The notes beneath the pieces were generated by a model. The model was not told the origin of the DNA. It was given only the letters and a program-made list of their open reading frames with translations, and made no database searches. Positions 60,077-64,000 of a DNA stretch of 64,000 bases are shown here, piece by piece. Origin of the DNA: Octopus vulgaris (taxonomy: Eukaryota). Within the stretch, counting starts at the first letter, position 1. Each line of letters starts with the position of its first letter. Made by a program: the position numbers and the translations under genes. The stretch is from positions 4,278,001-4,342,000 of the forward strand of contig OX597839.1 of assembly GCA_951406725.2 (NCBI GenBank), in the 5' to 3' direction.

Positions 60077-60515
60077 TGTTTCTTTATTGCCCACAAGGGG
60101 CTAAACATAGAGGGGACAAACAAGGACAGACAAACGGATTAAGTCGATTACATCGACCCCAATGCGTAACTGGTACTTAATTTATCGACCCCGAAAGGAT
60201 GAAAGGCAAAGTCGACCTCGGCGGAATTTGAACTCAGAACGTAACGACAGACGCAATACCTATTTCTTTATTACCCACAAGGGGCTAAACACAGAGCGGA
60301 CAAACAAGGACAGACATAGGTATTAAGTCGATTACATCGACCCCAGTGCGTAACTGGTACTTAATTTATCGAGCCCGAAAGGATGAAAGGCAAAGTCGAC
60401 CTCGGCGGAATTTGAACTCACAACGTAACGCAGACGAAATAACGCTAAGCATTTCGCCCGGCGTGATCACGATTCTGCCAACTTGCCGCAATACCGCTAA
60501 GCATTTCGCCCGGTG
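60077..60515 (-). mobile_element. SINE A nested in SINE A, with both TSDs preserved
   Basis: Outer TSD taccggtatatt (60065-60076, 60516-60527); inner TSD cgcaatacc (60252-60260, 60487-60495). Confidence 0.9.
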
Positions 60516-60659
60516 TACCGGTATATTACCTATGTTTAACCATGGCCATGCATTTGCAAGTATATTATGCTCATAGATTATAGGCAAAGACAAGGAAAAG
60601 GATGAGTTTATCAAGAATCAAAATGTACACACACACACACACACACACTAACACACATA

Positions 60660-60705
<46 letters not shown>

Positions 60706-61262
60706 GAGTGAGAGAGCAGTGCATGCCATCAAAGTGACACTGGGGTAAAATATACGAAGCCCAGTATACCCATCATGACTACCCGTCTGATAAGGGTACA
60801 CTAGGCACATGCATCACAACCATATGTGTGTAACATGGTGATCTCATATCAAGATAAACAGCACATGACCTTGCAGGTGGGGCCCAATTAGAATTTTCTT
60901 CTAGTTGAGTAACCCATTCCACTCAAAAGGTCCTTGAATAAGGGTTGTTTAAGGATGTTGAATGAAACACCCATGTCTCCAGAGGTGAATTATTCAAACC
61001 CCAAAGAATCCCTCTCAACACATGGCTATGATGCTCCCCCACTACTTCTGCTTGTGATCAGAGATGCATATATCGTCAGCCACTAAGGGACATGCTCTAC
61101 TGGTTAAGGTCAAACAACTGACAAGCAAATCTGTGATATTGAGCAGAATATTTGCTGTAGCCCATCTTTTAATACTAAGACAAAACAATGTACATGATAA
61201 CACTTCCAATCAGTTAAGATCAGAAGCCATGAGAGCCACTGCCTGGTACTGCATCAGGGCAT
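60706..61262 (-). mobile_element. Element D, full length, in (TAA)n
   Basis: gagtgagagagcagtg...gcatcagggcat flanked by (att)n. Confidence 0.9.
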
Positions 61263-61282
61263 TTATTATTATTATAATTATA

Positions 61283-61354
<72 letters not shown>

Positions 61355-61656
61355 GAGTGAGAGAGCAGTGCATGCCATCAAAGTGACACTGGGGTAAAAT
61401 ATACGAAGCCCAGTATACCCATCATGACTACCCGTCTGATAAGGGTACACTAGGCACATGCATCGCAACCATATGTGCGCGACATGGTGATCTCATATCA
61501 AGATAAACAGCACATGACATTGCAGGTGGGGCCCAGTTAGAATTTTCTACAGGTCGAGTAACCCATCCCGCTCAAAAGGTCCCTGAATAAGGGTTGTTTA
61601 AGGATGTTGAATGAAACCCCCATGTTTCCAGAGGTGAATTATTCAAACCCCAAAGA

Positions 61657-61657
<1 letters not shown>
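61355..61657 (-). mobile_element. Element D, truncated, in (TAA)n
   Basis: Same left end, stops at ccccaaagaa. Confidence 0.9.
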
Positions 61658-61746
<89 letters not shown>

Positions 61747-61749
<3 letters not shown>

Positions 61750-61957
61750 TAGTTCTATTTTTATAGCGTGCTTTCACTTCACTACCGAGCGCAGCTCTGT
61801 GTGCCTTGGGTATGTGCTGTGATTTGTTGTGATGCTCTGATGGTTATTGTATGGAAAGTGTTCTGCGTAGGATGTGTGCAGTGCCTAGTAGTGCAATTTT
61901 CTGTATGTTATATGTGTTTGTAAGTCCTGGTGTTTTTGTTATGTATTTGTCTGAATA

Positions 61958-61963
<6 letters not shown>
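61747..61963 (-). mobile_element. R4/Dong-like retrotransposon, short 3' fragment in (TAA)n
   Basis: Near-identical to 62111-62328. Confidence 0.9.
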
Positions 61964-61992
<29 letters not shown>

Positions 61993-62006
61993 TATTATTA
62001 TTATTA

Positions 62007-64000
<1,994 letters not shown>

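Overview
AT-rich eukaryotic DNA dominated by di-, tri- and tetranucleotide microsatellites and interspersed repeats. The repeat content resembles an octopus/coleoid cephalopod genome (inference). No intact host protein-coding gene is supportable, and nearly all listed ORFs are microsatellite translations. Real coding remnants are all transposon-derived: an R4/Dong-type RLE retrotransposon (three 3' fragments in (TAA)n), an L1/Tx1-type element (two 3' fragments in (TATC)n, one inverted with a fold-back), an RTE-like 3' end with three C2H2 fingers, and an internally deleted Tc1/mariner-superfamily transposon. Three tRNA-like SINE families are present (my labels A, B, C), plus a ~555-bp non-coding element (D) whose four well-preserved copies all lie in (TAA)n. 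Main signals: (1) seven type-I hammerhead-ribozyme-like motifs from about four short non-coding element families embedded in microsatellites, including a 488-nt tandem pair; (2) SINE A shares its 3' tail with the Tx1-like LINE and inserts into one fixed site of its own head, building arrays; (3) different retroelement families appear to partition microsatellite types as targets. All folds and alignments were read by eye.
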